From the NCBI GenBank assembly GCA_965228855.1, contig CBDDIJ010000002.1, positions 1,920,001 to 1,984,000 on the forward strand: a stretch of DNA of 64,000 nucleotides, written 5' to 3'. This DNA is from Candidatus Obscuribacterales bacterium (GTDB taxonomy: Bacteria > Cyanobacteriota > Vampirovibrionia > Obscuribacterales > Obscuribacteraceae). The notes beneath the pieces were generated by a model. The model saw only the letters and a program-made list of their open reading frames with translations. It ran no database searches and had not been told where the DNA came from. Position 1 is the stretch's first letter. Every line of letters starts with the position of its first letter. Shown here piece by piece: positions 19,540 through 29,681 of the stretch. Made by a program: the position numbers and the translations under genes.

Positions 19540-20988
19540 TTATATGCCTTTCAATTCCCAATCGCTGGTGGGCAGGCGCGGTGAGATAGTTGACAGTTTC
19601 ACAAAGTTTGCCGGACCGCGTGCCGCGATAGGCAAACCGCCTGTTATAACGATGTTGTCCTTCGCTGCCACGACGCCTTTGCGGAGCAGAGTTTGCTCGA
19701 CAGAGTTTAAAGTCGAGATCGAGTCGCTGACTTCCGTGAGCATGATAGGTGTCGTTCCCCAGAGGAGCGTTAGCTGATTGTATACATGTCCGTGCTGCGT
19801 TAGAGCGATGATTGAAACCGGAGGGCGCAGCTGCGAAATCAATCTTGCGGTGGCACCACTCTTGGTGAATGTTGCGATCACTCGTGCTTTCAAATCGACA
19901 GCCATTTCGCAGGCGGCGTGCGCGATTGCGTACGCGGTGCTGCGCACGTCTTGCGGATCTTCGCGTAACTGGTTTTTACCCTGACTTGTTTCAACTTCGT
20001 TGGCAATCTTTTCCATCATACGAACAGCATGAATAGGATAGTTTCCAGTCGCAGACTCTTCCGAGAGCATGACTGCGTCGGTGCCGTCGAAGATAGCGTT
20101 TGCGACGTCCGAAGCTTCGGCTCTGGTTGGGCGTGGGTTGTTGACCATCGAGTCCAGCATCTGCGTTGCTGTTATGACAGGTTTGCCTTTGGCAATCGCT
20201 TTGCGCGTGATAAGTTTTTGCACTGGAGGAACTTGCTCCGGCGGGAGCTCCACGCCCAGGTCTCCGCGGGCGATCATAACTCCGTCGGTCACGTTCAAAA
20301 TCTCGTCAATGGCGGCCACCGCTTCCGGTTTTTCAATCTTCGCGATGACCATCGGCGTTGGCCAATGATCTGCCATCAATTCTCGCAGTTCAAGGATGTC
20401 CTGCGCGTCTCGGACAAAAGACAGAGCAACGAAGTCGACTTCGCATTTCAATCCGAACGCCAGATCTGCGCGATCCTTTTCTGTCAAGGCGGGGATAGAA
20501 AGCCGAACTCCAGGAATGTTTATACCTTGTCTGTTTTTGAGGACGCCACCAGTGACTACTTCACAGACGCAGTCTGTTTCAGTCGTGGAGACGACTTTCA
20601 GTTCCATTAAGCCGTCGTCGAGTAGAATGCTGTCGCCTGCTTTTACTTCTCGCGAGAGCGGCTCGTAGTTGGTGGAGACGCAACTTTCATCGCCTGGAAC
20701 TTTGCGGCTCGTTAGTGTAAATGATTTGCCTTCGACCAGATCGATTTGACCCTTCTCGAGTTTGCCGGTTCTCAACTTGGGACCCGACAAATCTAGAAGA
20801 ATGCCGACCGGTTGATCCAGTCGGGTTGCAACTTCTCTGATGTCCGTAACAAGATCCCGGATGAAGTCGTGCTCGGAATGTGAGCAGTTGATTCGGGCTA
20901 CATCCATACCGGCTTCAATCATCTTTTGAAGCATTTTTACGTCACGACATGATGGTCCGATGGTTGCGACAATTTTTGTGCGCGCCAC
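19540..20988 (-). CDS. pyk: Pyruvate kinase
   Basis: RTKIVATIGP, LDLSGPKLR (K+-independent type signature), AKIEK, MIARGDLGVE, ATQMLDSM, PTRAEASDVANA. Confidence 0.97.
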   Translation of the reverse strand: MARTKIVATIGPSCRDVKMLQKMIEAGMDVARINCSHSEHDFIRDLVTDIREVATRLDQPVGILLDLSGPKLRTGKLEKGQIDLVEGKSFTLTSRKVPGDESCVSTNYEPLSREVKAGDSILLDDGLMELKVVSTTETDCVCEVVTGGVLKNRQGINIPGVRLSIPALTEKDRADLAFGLKCEVDFVALSFVRDAQDILELRELMADHWPTPMVIAKIEKPEAVAAIDEILNVTDGVMIARGDLGVELPPEQVPPVQKLITRKAIAKGKPVITATQMLDSMVNNPRPTRAEASDVANAIFDGTDAVMLSEESATGNYPIHAVRMMEKIANEVETSQGKNQLREDPQDVRSTAYAIAHAACEMAVDLKARVIATFTKSGATARLISQLRPPVSIIALTQHGHVYNQLTLLWGTTPIMLTEVSDSISTLNSVEQTLLRKGVVAAKDNIVITGGLPIAARGPANFVKLSTISPRLPTSDWELKGI

Positions 20989-21330
20989 AAAAGTTTCCTC
21001 GTTATATACGCAGTACTAGAAAGGTACAACAGTGCGAGGTCGTTGGCCTGTACTTTCTAAGAAATATGACCGCCGGTGTGCGTCGGAACATTAACTGGGG
21101 CAAGGCGTCATCCGAAGAGTTGGCAATCTGCACCGTTTACAGAAGGGGTTCTTAAATGGACATCTTCGTCACGGCGCCGTCACCTTTCTTTCGTGCTAGT
21201 AATCAAGCAGTAGTTATTGCAAATCTAGACAGGGACGGACCTGTGGGGTACGATGAAAATAGTGCCCGCGAGAAACCCGCTCAGGTAGCCAGTCTTAACA
21301 GTATTACCGAAAAATTCCGAGGGCTCATCC

Positions 21331-22146
21331 ATGCCATGCGCTCGGGCGACGCTTGCCGTCGCCACGTTTCTATTCTGTCTTTCCGTTTCAATATCCGCTG
21401 GAGATGCCCGCCAGGTGAGCCCTGTTCTGGAGAAGGGTTCCGAAGTCGTTCGACAACAGACTAGCGGTGACTGGAAACGTTTAAAAGATGGAGAGGTGAT
21501 CGTCAACGCTGTAAATGAAGGCACCACTCGATTCGTGGCAGCGAGAATTCTGATCAACGATACGCCTCATCACGTCTGGCGGGTGCTGACCAATCCTTTT
21601 GAATTCGAGGGGCGAATTTCTCCGCGCATGAAGGATGTTGAGATCCTTGTCGATGCCACCACTCGGTCTGTCATGAAGTGCAAAGTCGAAATTTTTCCAC
21701 CACTCATTCCGTTTATAACCTACACTGTTGAGTCTGAGTACAAGCCATTCGAGCAGGTATTGTTCAAGCGAGTTGACGGAACATTGAAAGACTTTCGAGG
21801 CGGTTGGTATTTATCGTCTAGAGAAAATGGTGCATCGACCGAAGTGACGTATCAGATGTTTGTCGATCCTGGAATGCCCGTCCCGCAGTGGATTATTCGT
21901 AAGGCTATGAAAGCGGAACTTCCGAAGACGCTCGTTGCGTTGCGCGATAGGATTCAGACAAATGATACTGCCAATAGTGCCGAGCCATTGCGCTCTATTC
22001 TGGCCGTTGGAGAGATCGCTCCTCTTGTTCAAATTAACCCGCCGCTGACTGTAAGCGCGTCAAGTCGACATGCGAAACCTCCGGCAAAATCCAAGCCGGC
22101 ATCGAAGCCGCGCCAGGTCAGTACCTTACCACTGGGCGAGTTCTGA
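21331..22146 (+). CDS. SRPBCC/polyketide cyclase-like lipid-binding protein with signal peptide
   Basis: PHHVWRVLT, GTLKDFRGGW, TEVTY, DPGMPVPQWII pattern; hydrophobic N-terminus. Confidence 0.75.
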   Translation: MPCARATLAVATFLFCLSVSISAGDARQVSPVLEKGSEVVRQQTSGDWKRLKDGEVIVNAVNEGTTRFVAARILINDTPHHVWRVLTNPFEFEGRISPRMKDVEILVDATTRSVMKCKVEIFPPLIPFITYTVESEYKPFEQVLFKRVDGTLKDFRGGWYLSSRENGASTEVTYQMFVDPGMPVPQWIIRKAMKAELPKTLVALRDRIQTNDTANSAEPLRSILAVGEIAPLVQINPPLTVSASSRHAKPPAKSKPASKPRQVSTLPLGEF

Positions 22147-22151
22147 TTGAA

Positions 22152-23828
22152 CTAACGCTTTGTTGTGGTACTGGTGGCGATACTGGATTCCGTAAGCTTG
22201 AAGTTTTCCAGAGCGATTTCCGGGAAGCAGTTGTCGATGTTTTCGATCTCTGACAGCTTGCCTTCATCAACTTTTCCGGATTTGAGCATTTCATAGATCG
22301 TGTTGAAGCGTTCCTGGTGTCCACGGAAACGCTCAACTGCATACTGCTTGGCTTGCGCTGTTGTGACGAGGAACGGCCAATCGCTCGACTCGAGTAAGAA
22401 GAGTTCTCGTCCAAGCTGTTTTAACGCCCGGGTTTTCAACGGATCTTGCTCGTTGGCCTGGAAGTGTTTTTCAACCAGATCTTTCATGGTTTTCTCGGCG
22501 GCTTCGATAACCGGCCACATCCACTCGGTTTCGTTATTCAACCAGACTTGCCAGTGACCGCCCGAGCCCCAGGATGATTGCGGAAGTTCCATCGCGTGAA
22601 CCGGTGGGGTTTCCGTCAGATATTCACTTGCTGTGCACATCTTCACGGCAGTGTATTCGTGCAACTTTCTTATGACTTGCTCGATGAAGACGATGCCTTC
22701 AAACCACCAGTGACCAAACAATTCTGTGTCAAAGCTCACCATTAACAGACCTGGATTGCTGGTCGAGCGCAACTGTTTAGTCAATGCGCTTTGAATCAAA
22801 CCAACATAGTGATCTGAATTTTCCGAAATCCGCATGATAGCGACTTCCGGGTTGTACAGCTCTTTGTCGCCTAGCTCGGTGGTTTTCGAGGTGAGTTTCC
22901 AGAAGTGCAAACCTGATATATCGTCTTTTTTGTGAAACTCTCGATAGTTGCCATCACCCGGGTAACCGTTGCCGGCGGACCAGACCTGATAACTTGCTTC
23001 CTCGTGGCGCCCCATCACAGCGACCGGGTAGTCTTTCAGCCAGAAAGCTTCGAATGTGTCGTATCCCGTGGGTGGGCGTTTGGGTGCAGGAATGTACTCA
23101 ATTGCGCCGTAAGGGCCAAACACTCTGCGGACTTCCGAAGTTTGTCCGCCTGTGATCACAAATGTTTCCGTGAAAAAGTATTTGAGTCCGGCTTCATGCA
23201 ACCAGTGTCCGATGCCGGGGCGATCGTTTTCTTCCGGTCGGTATGCGCATTCAGGCAGCCAGCAACCCCTCGGTTCGCGTCCGAAATGTTTTTTGTAGTT
23301 GGCCACACCAGCTTTGAACTGAGCTTGAAGTGAGGTGTCTTCGCCAATTAGTGGCGAGAAGCAGTGCGTGGCAGCTGAAGTTGTGATCTCGATTGCATCG
23401 AGGTCTTGGTATTTTCTTAGACCACCGATGATGTCGCGACCCCAGCGAGTGCGGAAAGAGTCCAAAATCTTGCTGTACCAATCTACGTAAAAACGAGCTA
23501 GCCTCAGGCGCTCAGGGTCCGGCGTTTCGCCGCGAGCCATGTAGCGAGCTTCGTCTTCCTTGGCTTTTTCAACGCGGCTCTCCATCCACTTTTCGAAGCC
23601 GGCTTTCATGTGTTCGTCCGAAAGCTGCTCAGCGAGGATTGGGGTTATGCCGACTGTGAGTTTTGCCTTGATGCCATCATCGTAGAGGTTGCCAATCATG
23701 TTGAGGAGCGGCACATAAGTCTCCGCCATGCACTCATACACGTTTTCTTCGCCGAAGGGCCACATTCCAGCCTTTCGATAATAAGGAAGGTGGCTGTGAA
23801 GCATGAATACGAACGAACCAACACTCAC
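22152..23828 (-). CDS. GH57 1,4-alpha-glucan branching enzyme (DUF1957)
   Basis: LHSHLPY, ETYVP, TSAATH, WLPECAY, FDTELFGHWWFEG, SSDW. Start GTG 23828 after GAGGAG. Confidence 0.92.
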   Translation of the reverse strand: MSVGSFVFMLHSHLPYYRKAGMWPFGEENVYECMAETYVPLLNMIGNLYDDGIKAKLTVGITPILAEQLSDEHMKAGFEKWMESRVEKAKEDEARYMARGETPDPERLRLARFYVDWYSKILDSFRTRWGRDIIGGLRKYQDLDAIEITTSAATHCFSPLIGEDTSLQAQFKAGVANYKKHFGREPRGCWLPECAYRPEENDRPGIGHWLHEAGLKYFFTETFVITGGQTSEVRRVFGPYGAIEYIPAPKRPPTGYDTFEAFWLKDYPVAVMGRHEEASYQVWSAGNGYPGDGNYREFHKKDDISGLHFWKLTSKTTELGDKELYNPEVAIMRISENSDHYVGLIQSALTKQLRSTSNPGLLMVSFDTELFGHWWFEGIVFIEQVIRKLHEYTAVKMCTASEYLTETPPVHAMELPQSSWGSGGHWQVWLNNETEWMWPVIEAAEKTMKDLVEKHFQANEQDPLKTRALKQLGRELFLLESSDWPFLVTTAQAKQYAVERFRGHQERFNTIYEMLKSGKVDEGKLSEIENIDNCFPEIALENFKLTESSIATSTTTKR

Positions 23829-24110
23829 GAATAAAACTCCTCGTTTTTCACGAACCACTTGAGATGGCGCCCAGCGAATTCGGCGGCACCTGACATGAGA
23901 GATTGCGACTCGTCGACTCACTTACAACGACGGTCCCAAACGGATCGAAATATAGCAATTACATATAAGGTTTGCCAGACGCAAACAGGGCAACCGTTAC
24001 TATTCTTGAGGATTTCGGAAGGATGAGTCTTGCGGTATGCTGAAAGTAAATCGGGTTTGAATTAGCAACATCGACGTGGTAATTTTGCAATTCCGATCAA
24101 GCTACCAGAC

Positions 24111-24761
24111 TTGGAGAAGCCGATCGAGGCGAAGGTAGGAATCGTACGAATGTCAGGCAGTGAGCCGGATCCCAACAAAGATCTCGAAGAAGATGTCGTG
24201 GAAACCCAGGGCACGCTGCGCTACAAGCAGGCTGCGAACACGCAAGATACTGATGACGACGATGACTTCGACGATTATTATGATGAGATCGTTAGCGAAT
24301 CGGAAACTGTTGTGACCGTTACGAAAACGGAAACCGCTGCAGGCGCCGCTTCTGATATTGCGGTCGCGGGTTCTTCCGAAGTTGAAGAAGACTACTGGGA
24401 AGAGCAGGCGCGATATCAGAGTGCCGATGGCACGCGTGTGATCCGGCATAACCTCAAAGCGAAGCAGAAAAAGGTCGATGACGAGAACGAAGAAACGAAG
24501 CAAGCCGGCGGAACCATCAGGAATAAACTTGGCAGAAGTGTCGAGGAGAAGCCGCGTACAAATGTAGTAGTCAAGCTCCTCGAGAAGAATCCTCTTGGAA
24601 TGACATTGCCGGAAATGGCAGGCGGCGTGCGAAAGCAAAAGCGAATTAAGACGCTGCGACCAATGCTCGCTCAGGCGATTAAAGAAGGGCAAATTATGCC
24701 GGTCAGTCAGCGAGCCGGTCACACGGTATACAAGCTTGTAAAGAACATCGGTCCGCGCTAA
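24111..24761 (+). CDS. Hypothetical protein with acidic N-terminus and basic C-terminal domain
   Basis: 216-aa ORF filling the gap; D/E-rich tract; C-terminal LLEKNPLGMTLPEMA...VYKL resembles a winged helix (inference). Confidence 0.65.
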   Translation: MEKPIEAKVGIVRMSGSEPDPNKDLEEDVVETQGTLRYKQAANTQDTDDDDDFDDYYDEIVSESETVVTVTKTETAAGAASDIAVAGSSEVEEDYWEEQARYQSADGTRVIRHNLKAKQKKVDDENEETKQAGGTIRNKLGRSVEEKPRTNVVVKLLEKNPLGMTLPEMAGGVRKQKRIKTLRPMLAQAIKEGQIMPVSQRAGHTVYKLVKNIGPR

Positions 24762-25093
24762 CCGGTCTTTGCAAGAAGCTCAGTAAGTTTTGCGATTAGT
24801 TTTTCAGAGTCGCCGGTCAGCAGAATTGTTTTCTGTTTTGACTTCTCGCCTTTCAGCAAAGTTACAGAACTTTTGCTCAGGTCGAAACAGTCGGCGAGCA
24901 ACGCCCGAACAGCCTCGTTAGCGGCACCGTCCAGTGCCTTCTTTGTGACGGAAACCTTTATCCTGTCTTCGATAAGCCCAATGACACCTGCTCTGGAGGC
25001 GCCCGGAACGACGTGGAGAAACAGAATCAAGCCGTTGTCTGCGCGCCTGGCGGCTTGGGCAATTCTTGGATGGCTATCATGGCTGTTATTCAT
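24758..25093 (-). CDS. DUF167/YggU family protein
   Basis: LHVVPGASR, DGAANEAV, LLKGEKSKQK. Start uncertain; ATG 25093 avoids overlap with kdsA. Confidence 0.85.
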   Translation of the reverse strand: MNNSHDSHPRIAQAARRADNGLILFLHVVPGASRAGVIGLIEDRIKVSVTKKALDGAANEAVRALLADCFDLSKSSVTLLKGEKSKQKTILLTGDSEKLIAKLTELLAKTG

Positions 25094-25126
25094 TTTGGTA
25101 TTAGAATGGGGCGCACGTAGGAGGCT

Positions 25127-26005
25127 ATGACTGTGACTATTAATATCGGATCTCTGGAAGTCGGGCGCGATAAGCCGTTTCTTATTATCGCCGGTCCGTG
25201 CGTTATGGAAAGCTGGGACATCATCTACAAAACAGCGCAAAAATTGCAGGACCTCTCCAAGAAACATAATTTTTCGCTGGTGTTCAAGTCCTCCTTTGAC
25301 AAAGCCAATCGTACCTCCATCGACTCTTATCGTGGACCGGGTCTTGATGAAGGGCTGGCGATGATGAAGGAGATTAAGGCCAAGACCGGTCTTCCGGTAC
25401 TAACCGATGTCCATGAGGCTGCTCAATGTGCCAAAGCCGGAGAAGTGATCGATGTACTTCAGATTCCAGCTTTTCTCTGCCGTCAAACAGATCTGTTGAT
25501 TGCAGCGGCTGAGACGGGCAAGTGCGTCAACATCAAGAAGGGTCAGTTCGTTGCACCTGATGATATGAAGAATGCGGTGAAGAAGTGCTTTGATTCCGGA
25601 AATAAGAATGTATTCCTGACCGAGAGAGGCACCACATTCGGTTACAACAACCTGGTCGTCGACATGCGTGCAATACCGATGATGCAGTCACACGGAGTGC
25701 CGGTCATCTTTGATGCCACGCACAGCGTTCAACTTCCCGGTGGCGGCGGAACGGTTTCACACGGCTTGCGCCAATACGTTCCACACCTCGCGCGGGCTGC
25801 TGTGGCTGCCGGTTGTGATGGCGTCTTTATGGAAGTGCATCCGAACCCGGATGAGGCGAAAAGCGACGGTCCCAATCAGGTTCCACTGTCTCAAGTCGAA
25901 GAGTTAATCGAACAGTTGCTGAAGGTTCACGAGCTCGTTAAGTCGTTGCCGGCGCTTGAACTGCCGCAAGCGGGCAAGTGCAAAGAAGTGGCGATGAAGG
26001 TTTAA
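25127..26005 (+). CDS. kdsA: KDO 8-phosphate synthase
   Basis: IAGPCVME, FKSSFDKANRTS, QIPAFLCRQTDL, KKGQF, DATHSVQ; AGGAGG RBS. Confidence 0.97.
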   Translation: MTVTINIGSLEVGRDKPFLIIAGPCVMESWDIIYKTAQKLQDLSKKHNFSLVFKSSFDKANRTSIDSYRGPGLDEGLAMMKEIKAKTGLPVLTDVHEAAQCAKAGEVIDVLQIPAFLCRQTDLLIAAAETGKCVNIKKGQFVAPDDMKNAVKKCFDSGNKNVFLTERGTTFGYNNLVVDMRAIPMMQSHGVPVIFDATHSVQLPGGGGTVSHGLRQYVPHLARAAVAAGCDGVFMEVHPNPDEAKSDGPNQVPLSQVEELIEQLLKVHELVKSLPALELPQAGKCKEVAMKV

Positions 26006-26048
26006 AATGAAGCTGTCGGCCAACTTCAATGTATAGATTAAGGAACTA

Positions 26049-28805
26049 ATGGAAAAACTCGCTTTCCGCAAGCTAATTGCATCGTACCTGGCGATGAGTC
26101 TGGGCTGTGCGATCACCGCACCACAGCTTCCGGTCTTCGCTCATGGTATCTCCCGTGATACTACCTTGATTGCGCAAGATGCCGGCGAGGGCGAGGAGGA
26201 GAGAAGCGAAGGTGAGATGGATGGCGATGGCGTAGAGCCTGGCTCTTCATCAGGCTCCGGCGGTTTACGGGGACTGGGCGATGACAATGCTCAGTCCAGT
26301 CAGTCGACCGAAATTGACGCAGCGGGCTCTCCGGCGGAAGACGTGCCCGCCAGAAGTCGTCCGTCACTGTCGACTCCCGGTGCGGTTGATCCGTTAATTC
26401 AATCAAGTAGCGCGTCAGCTTCGGCTGCCGACCTGGATAAAGTCGAGTCGGTTGTTGCAAAAGCAGTCGAGGCGATGGGAGATGCTGCCGGTTTGAAAAA
26501 ACTGGAGAAGTCGATAATAGTTGTTGGAAAGCTCATTCCCGGCAATCAAGATCAATCGGCTGCGTACACGTATAAGAAGTTTCGCAAAGGTAAGAAGTGG
26601 CGCGTAGACCTCGAGTCGCCGAGCAAACCGGGTCAAACCGAAACCCGGCGAATTCTTGCGTACAACGGCATGGCGGGCTGGAGATCGTCTGGAACGATCG
26701 CTGAAGATTTGAGTGCCATTCGTTTGCGACAGTTAAACGACGACAACGAACGCGCGCAAACTATTCTCGCGCGTTTTTCCAATCCAGATTACAAGTTCAC
26801 ATTGCTTGGTCCGACGACGTTTCGGCAGATTCCGGTGTATGCGGTGCAGGTCGATCACGACGGGGAAACACCCACCATTGTCTACATCGACAAGCGCAAC
26901 TTCCTGGTTGATGGAATTTCTTATGAAACCAGCGATCCATCGGATGCGAACGGGCGAAAAATCTCGATGGAGTATGCCGAGTACCGCCCCATCGGCGGTA
27001 CCATGTTTCCCTATCGTCAGACTAAATACATGGACGATAAAGCGGCGTCCGAGATTGTCGTGACCAGTATTTCGATGACTTCTGAGATAGATGAAGCTGT
27101 TTTCGACCGTCCGCAATCTGCAGATAAAGTTCACCTCTCTCGGGCGATTGTTGTTCCTTTCGACTACCAGCAACGTGAAATTCTGGTCAAGGGCCGCATA
27201 AATAGCGGCGAAGAGGTCACGTTCCTCTTTGACACCGGAGCCAGTGACACCATCATCGATCGCCGCGTGGCGGCAGAAAGTTTTCTTAACAAGGAAGGGC
27301 AGAGTGGCTTGATGGCGTTGGGTGGCAGAGTCGACGTCAACAACACTGTTCTCAAAAGATTGGAAATCGGTGGCCTCGTTCTTAACGACGTTGATGCTCG
27401 GATTGCCAATTTAAGCGCTCAATCGACGCAGCTCGGCCGCAAGCTCGCCGGTATCATCGGCACTAACGTCATGGAGAAGGCGGTCGTACGCATTGACTAC
27501 GGAAAGCCCAATCTGACCTTCTACGACAAGGACGCATTTCAACGTCCGGCAAACGCTACTATCGTCCCGCTTGTGCAGCAAAATGCACCGGTGGTGAAAG
27601 CTCGAATAAACGGTGCGGACGAAGTTCTCATGCTTGCAGACACCGGCGCGGCGTTGAATAATTTGCCGGCGGAAGTCGCGAAGAAGGTCCTTCAGCGAAA
27701 CAGCAACCAGGAGACTCATACTACTGAAGGTACGGGTCTGGACGGGCGGCGAGTGAAGCTGGGCAACGTGGTGGCGAAAACTACTTCCGTCGGTCCGCAC
27801 TCAGTCTCCAACATGAACTATACCTATACTGTCTCCGGCGCTGCCGCGGCGAAGCCGGAAGCCGGAAAGGTCGTTGAGGCCAGAGAAGGTTTCTTTCAAA
27901 ATTCATCGATCGGAATTCTCGGAAATTCATTCTGGGAGAATTTCATCGTCACCGTCGATTATAAATTCCAACGTTTGCTGCTAGAGCCGAATCCGGGCGT
28001 TCGCATCAGAAGCGAGATTGGTAAGGCGCTTGATCTTGGCGATTCGAAGCTGTTTGTCTACAGTGATTATCGTGCTGGTGAAGCGGCTTATCAGCGCGGA
28101 TTGATGCTTGCAGCCAACGCCAAAGATCTGAGAAATGAGGCTTTGCTTTGGGGACGCATGGGGAATCTGCGGAGAATGATGGCAAAGGATCTGGCACGTC
28201 CGGAGCATGCAAAAGCTTCGTATGAGTACTTCATAAAGGCTCAGGATATGGCTCGCAGAGCGGGTGCTCACGATGTAGAAGGGCGCATTCTTGCCGATTG
28301 GAGTTTGCTTTACAGTGATAACGGACAGATTCAGGAAGCACGACAGACCATCAATCGCGCGGTCATGATGGCGCCGCAAGATCCGCAGGTCAACCTTGAT
28401 TACGCGATACATCTCTCCAAGGATCAAAATTTCCTGGAGATGCAAAAGTACATCGACAAAGCACTATTTTTCGATCCATCCAACTGGCAGGCGCTATGGG
28501 CGCAGTTCAAACTCTCGGAAAAATTTATGGACTACGCCAGGGGCATCACAACGCTGAAGGAAATTACACGGTATTACCCGTGGTCTAAGTTGGCCGCGTC
28601 CAAACTAGTCGAGTGGCAGGGGTTGCTGAAACAGTCAAAAGCCTCGCCGGCTCCTGGTTCCGCCGCTGCGCCGGGCATGAGACCGGTTAATGCGATTCCT
28701 CAACCTCCGAGCATCAGACCAGGAGCACCACAGACGGTGCCAAGTATACGACCGGGTTATCCTCAGAGTGTTCCAAGCATTCGGCCGGGTTCTTCGATGC
28801 AGTAA
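26049..28805 (+). CDS. Secreted multidomain protein: LolA-like beta domain, two retropepsin-like aspartyl protease domains, TPRs
   Basis: Signal peptide; FLFDTGAS and MLADTGAA with GIIG/GILG; helical repeats near the C-terminus. Confidence 0.8.
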   Translation: MEKLAFRKLIASYLAMSLGCAITAPQLPVFAHGISRDTTLIAQDAGEGEEERSEGEMDGDGVEPGSSSGSGGLRGLGDDNAQSSQSTEIDAAGSPAEDVPARSRPSLSTPGAVDPLIQSSSASASAADLDKVESVVAKAVEAMGDAAGLKKLEKSIIVVGKLIPGNQDQSAAYTYKKFRKGKKWRVDLESPSKPGQTETRRILAYNGMAGWRSSGTIAEDLSAIRLRQLNDDNERAQTILARFSNPDYKFTLLGPTTFRQIPVYAVQVDHDGETPTIVYIDKRNFLVDGISYETSDPSDANGRKISMEYAEYRPIGGTMFPYRQTKYMDDKAASEIVVTSISMTSEIDEAVFDRPQSADKVHLSRAIVVPFDYQQREILVKGRINSGEEVTFLFDTGASDTIIDRRVAAESFLNKEGQSGLMALGGRVDVNNTVLKRLEIGGLVLNDVDARIANLSAQSTQLGRKLAGIIGTNVMEKAVVRIDYGKPNLTFYDKDAFQRPANATIVPLVQQNAPVVKARINGADEVLMLADTGAALNNLPAEVAKKVLQRNSNQETHTTEGTGLDGRRVKLGNVVAKTTSVGPHSVSNMNYTYTVSGAAAAKPEAGKVVEAREGFFQNSSIGILGNSFWENFIVTVDYKFQRLLLEPNPGVRIRSEIGKALDLGDSKLFVYSDYRAGEAAYQRGLMLAANAKDLRNEALLWGRMGNLRRMMAKDLARPEHAKASYEYFIKAQDMARRAGAHDVEGRILADWSLLYSDNGQIQEARQTINRAVMMAPQDPQVNLDYAIHLSKDQNFLEMQKYIDKALFFDPSNWQALWAQFKLSEKFMDYARGITTLKEITRYYPWSKLAASKLVEWQGLLKQSKASPAPGSAAAPGMRPVNAIPQPPSIRPGAPQTVPSIRPGYPQSVPSIRPGSSMQ
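28707..28790 (+). repeat. Three 11-aa-period PSIRPG repeats at the protease C-terminus
   Basis: PSIRPGAPQTVPSIRPGYPQSVPSIRPG in the translation. Confidence 0.8.
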
Positions 28806-28841
28806 GGAGTTTCGTCTCCAGTCGGTTTAGACGTTTCCGTC

Positions 28842-29624
28842 TCAGTGTGTAGAACGCTCTTTCACCGCATTTCGAAGTTTGTCGTACTTCACACCGAACC
28901 AGTATTTCCGCATCTCCTTATAGGTATCGTCGAAGCCCCAGTTGTCGCGAGTGACGCGCCAGATGCCAATCATGCAGCCGGTTCTGTCTGAGCCATGTGC
29001 GCAGTGAACCAGGACAGGTTCGTTTTTCTCCTTGGCACTGTCTATGGTGGCAAGCAGCGTTTCCACTTGCTTTTTCGTCGGTGCTTCGGCGGTCATGGTC
29101 AAATTTATGTACTTCATGCCGAGCTTCTTGGCGAGTTCTTCCTCATTGTGCGCGGCCTCGGTTTTGGCTCTCAGGTCGATCAAGGTTTTCACACCCATCT
29201 TCTGGAGCTGTACCATGCCTTCGGGGCTAGGTTCGCCCCCTCTATATAAGTAGTCCGTGACCTTGTGGAAGTTCGGCAATGCCTGCGTCTCTTTAGGACG
29301 AGCTGCGCTCATTTTGTCTTCTGGTTGTTTAGCAACCGGTTTACCAGGCTCTGCGCCTGCGGACGATTTAACCGGATGAGTCTCCAGGGGCTTAGCGGGT
29401 GCGTTAGCGGCCTCGTTAGCCTGTCTCTTCACCGTCTCGCCGGCTGGCGAATCGGATAAAGTAGATCCTGATGTCTGAGCGTCAACGGAAAAACTGTTGA
29501 AAACAACAGTGCCGCAGGCAGCTATGGACGCCAAAATGGTCTTCACGAACTTTCTGGTGGAAGGCTCGTCTAGGAGATTGAAGTCATGGGGTTGCTTAAA
29601 TTTGCTTAATTTTTGCGTTTTCAT
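28842..29624 (-). CDS. Dual-specificity/tyrosine phosphatase family protein with N-terminal signal/anchor
   Basis: NFHKV..LYRGGEP, IDLR, VHCAHGSDRTG (CX5R). Start uncertain; ATG 29624 avoids overlap with the sigma gene. Confidence 0.88.
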   Translation of the reverse strand: MKTQKLSKFKQPHDFNLLDEPSTRKFVKTILASIAACGTVVFNSFSVDAQTSGSTLSDSPAGETVKRQANEAANAPAKPLETHPVKSSAGAEPGKPVAKQPEDKMSAARPKETQALPNFHKVTDYLYRGGEPSPEGMVQLQKMGVKTLIDLRAKTEAAHNEEELAKKLGMKYINLTMTAEAPTKKQVETLLATIDSAKEKNEPVLVHCAHGSDRTGCMIGIWRVTRDNWGFDDTYKEMRKYWFGVKYDKLRNAVKERSTH

Positions 29625-29651
29625 TGAACTTTTCTCGTGCTTTTTACGTTG
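29625..29651 (+). promoter_or_regulatory. Putative ECF-sigma (autoregulatory) promoter
   Basis: TGAAC-17 nt-CGTTG, matching the AAC/CGT pattern of ECF promoters, about 30 nt upstream of the sigma ATG. Confidence 0.45.
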
Positions 29652-29681
29652 ATCTAAGTGTAACCAATCGTTGGGTTGGAT

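Noticed and set aside
20040..20075. Pyruvate kinase MLSEESA instead of MLSGETA
   Set aside because: All other catalytic motifs are intact; probably a tolerated variant.
20029..20610. Long antisense ORFs (also 14396-14974, 24153-24722, 33773-34351, 42911-44250, 49892-50596)
   Set aside because: They are shadows of well-supported genes on the opposite strand, with no recognisable motifs.
25094..25126. Only 33 bp between divergent DUF167 and kdsA starts
   Set aside because: The DUF167 start is uncertain, so a bidirectional promoter cannot be supported.
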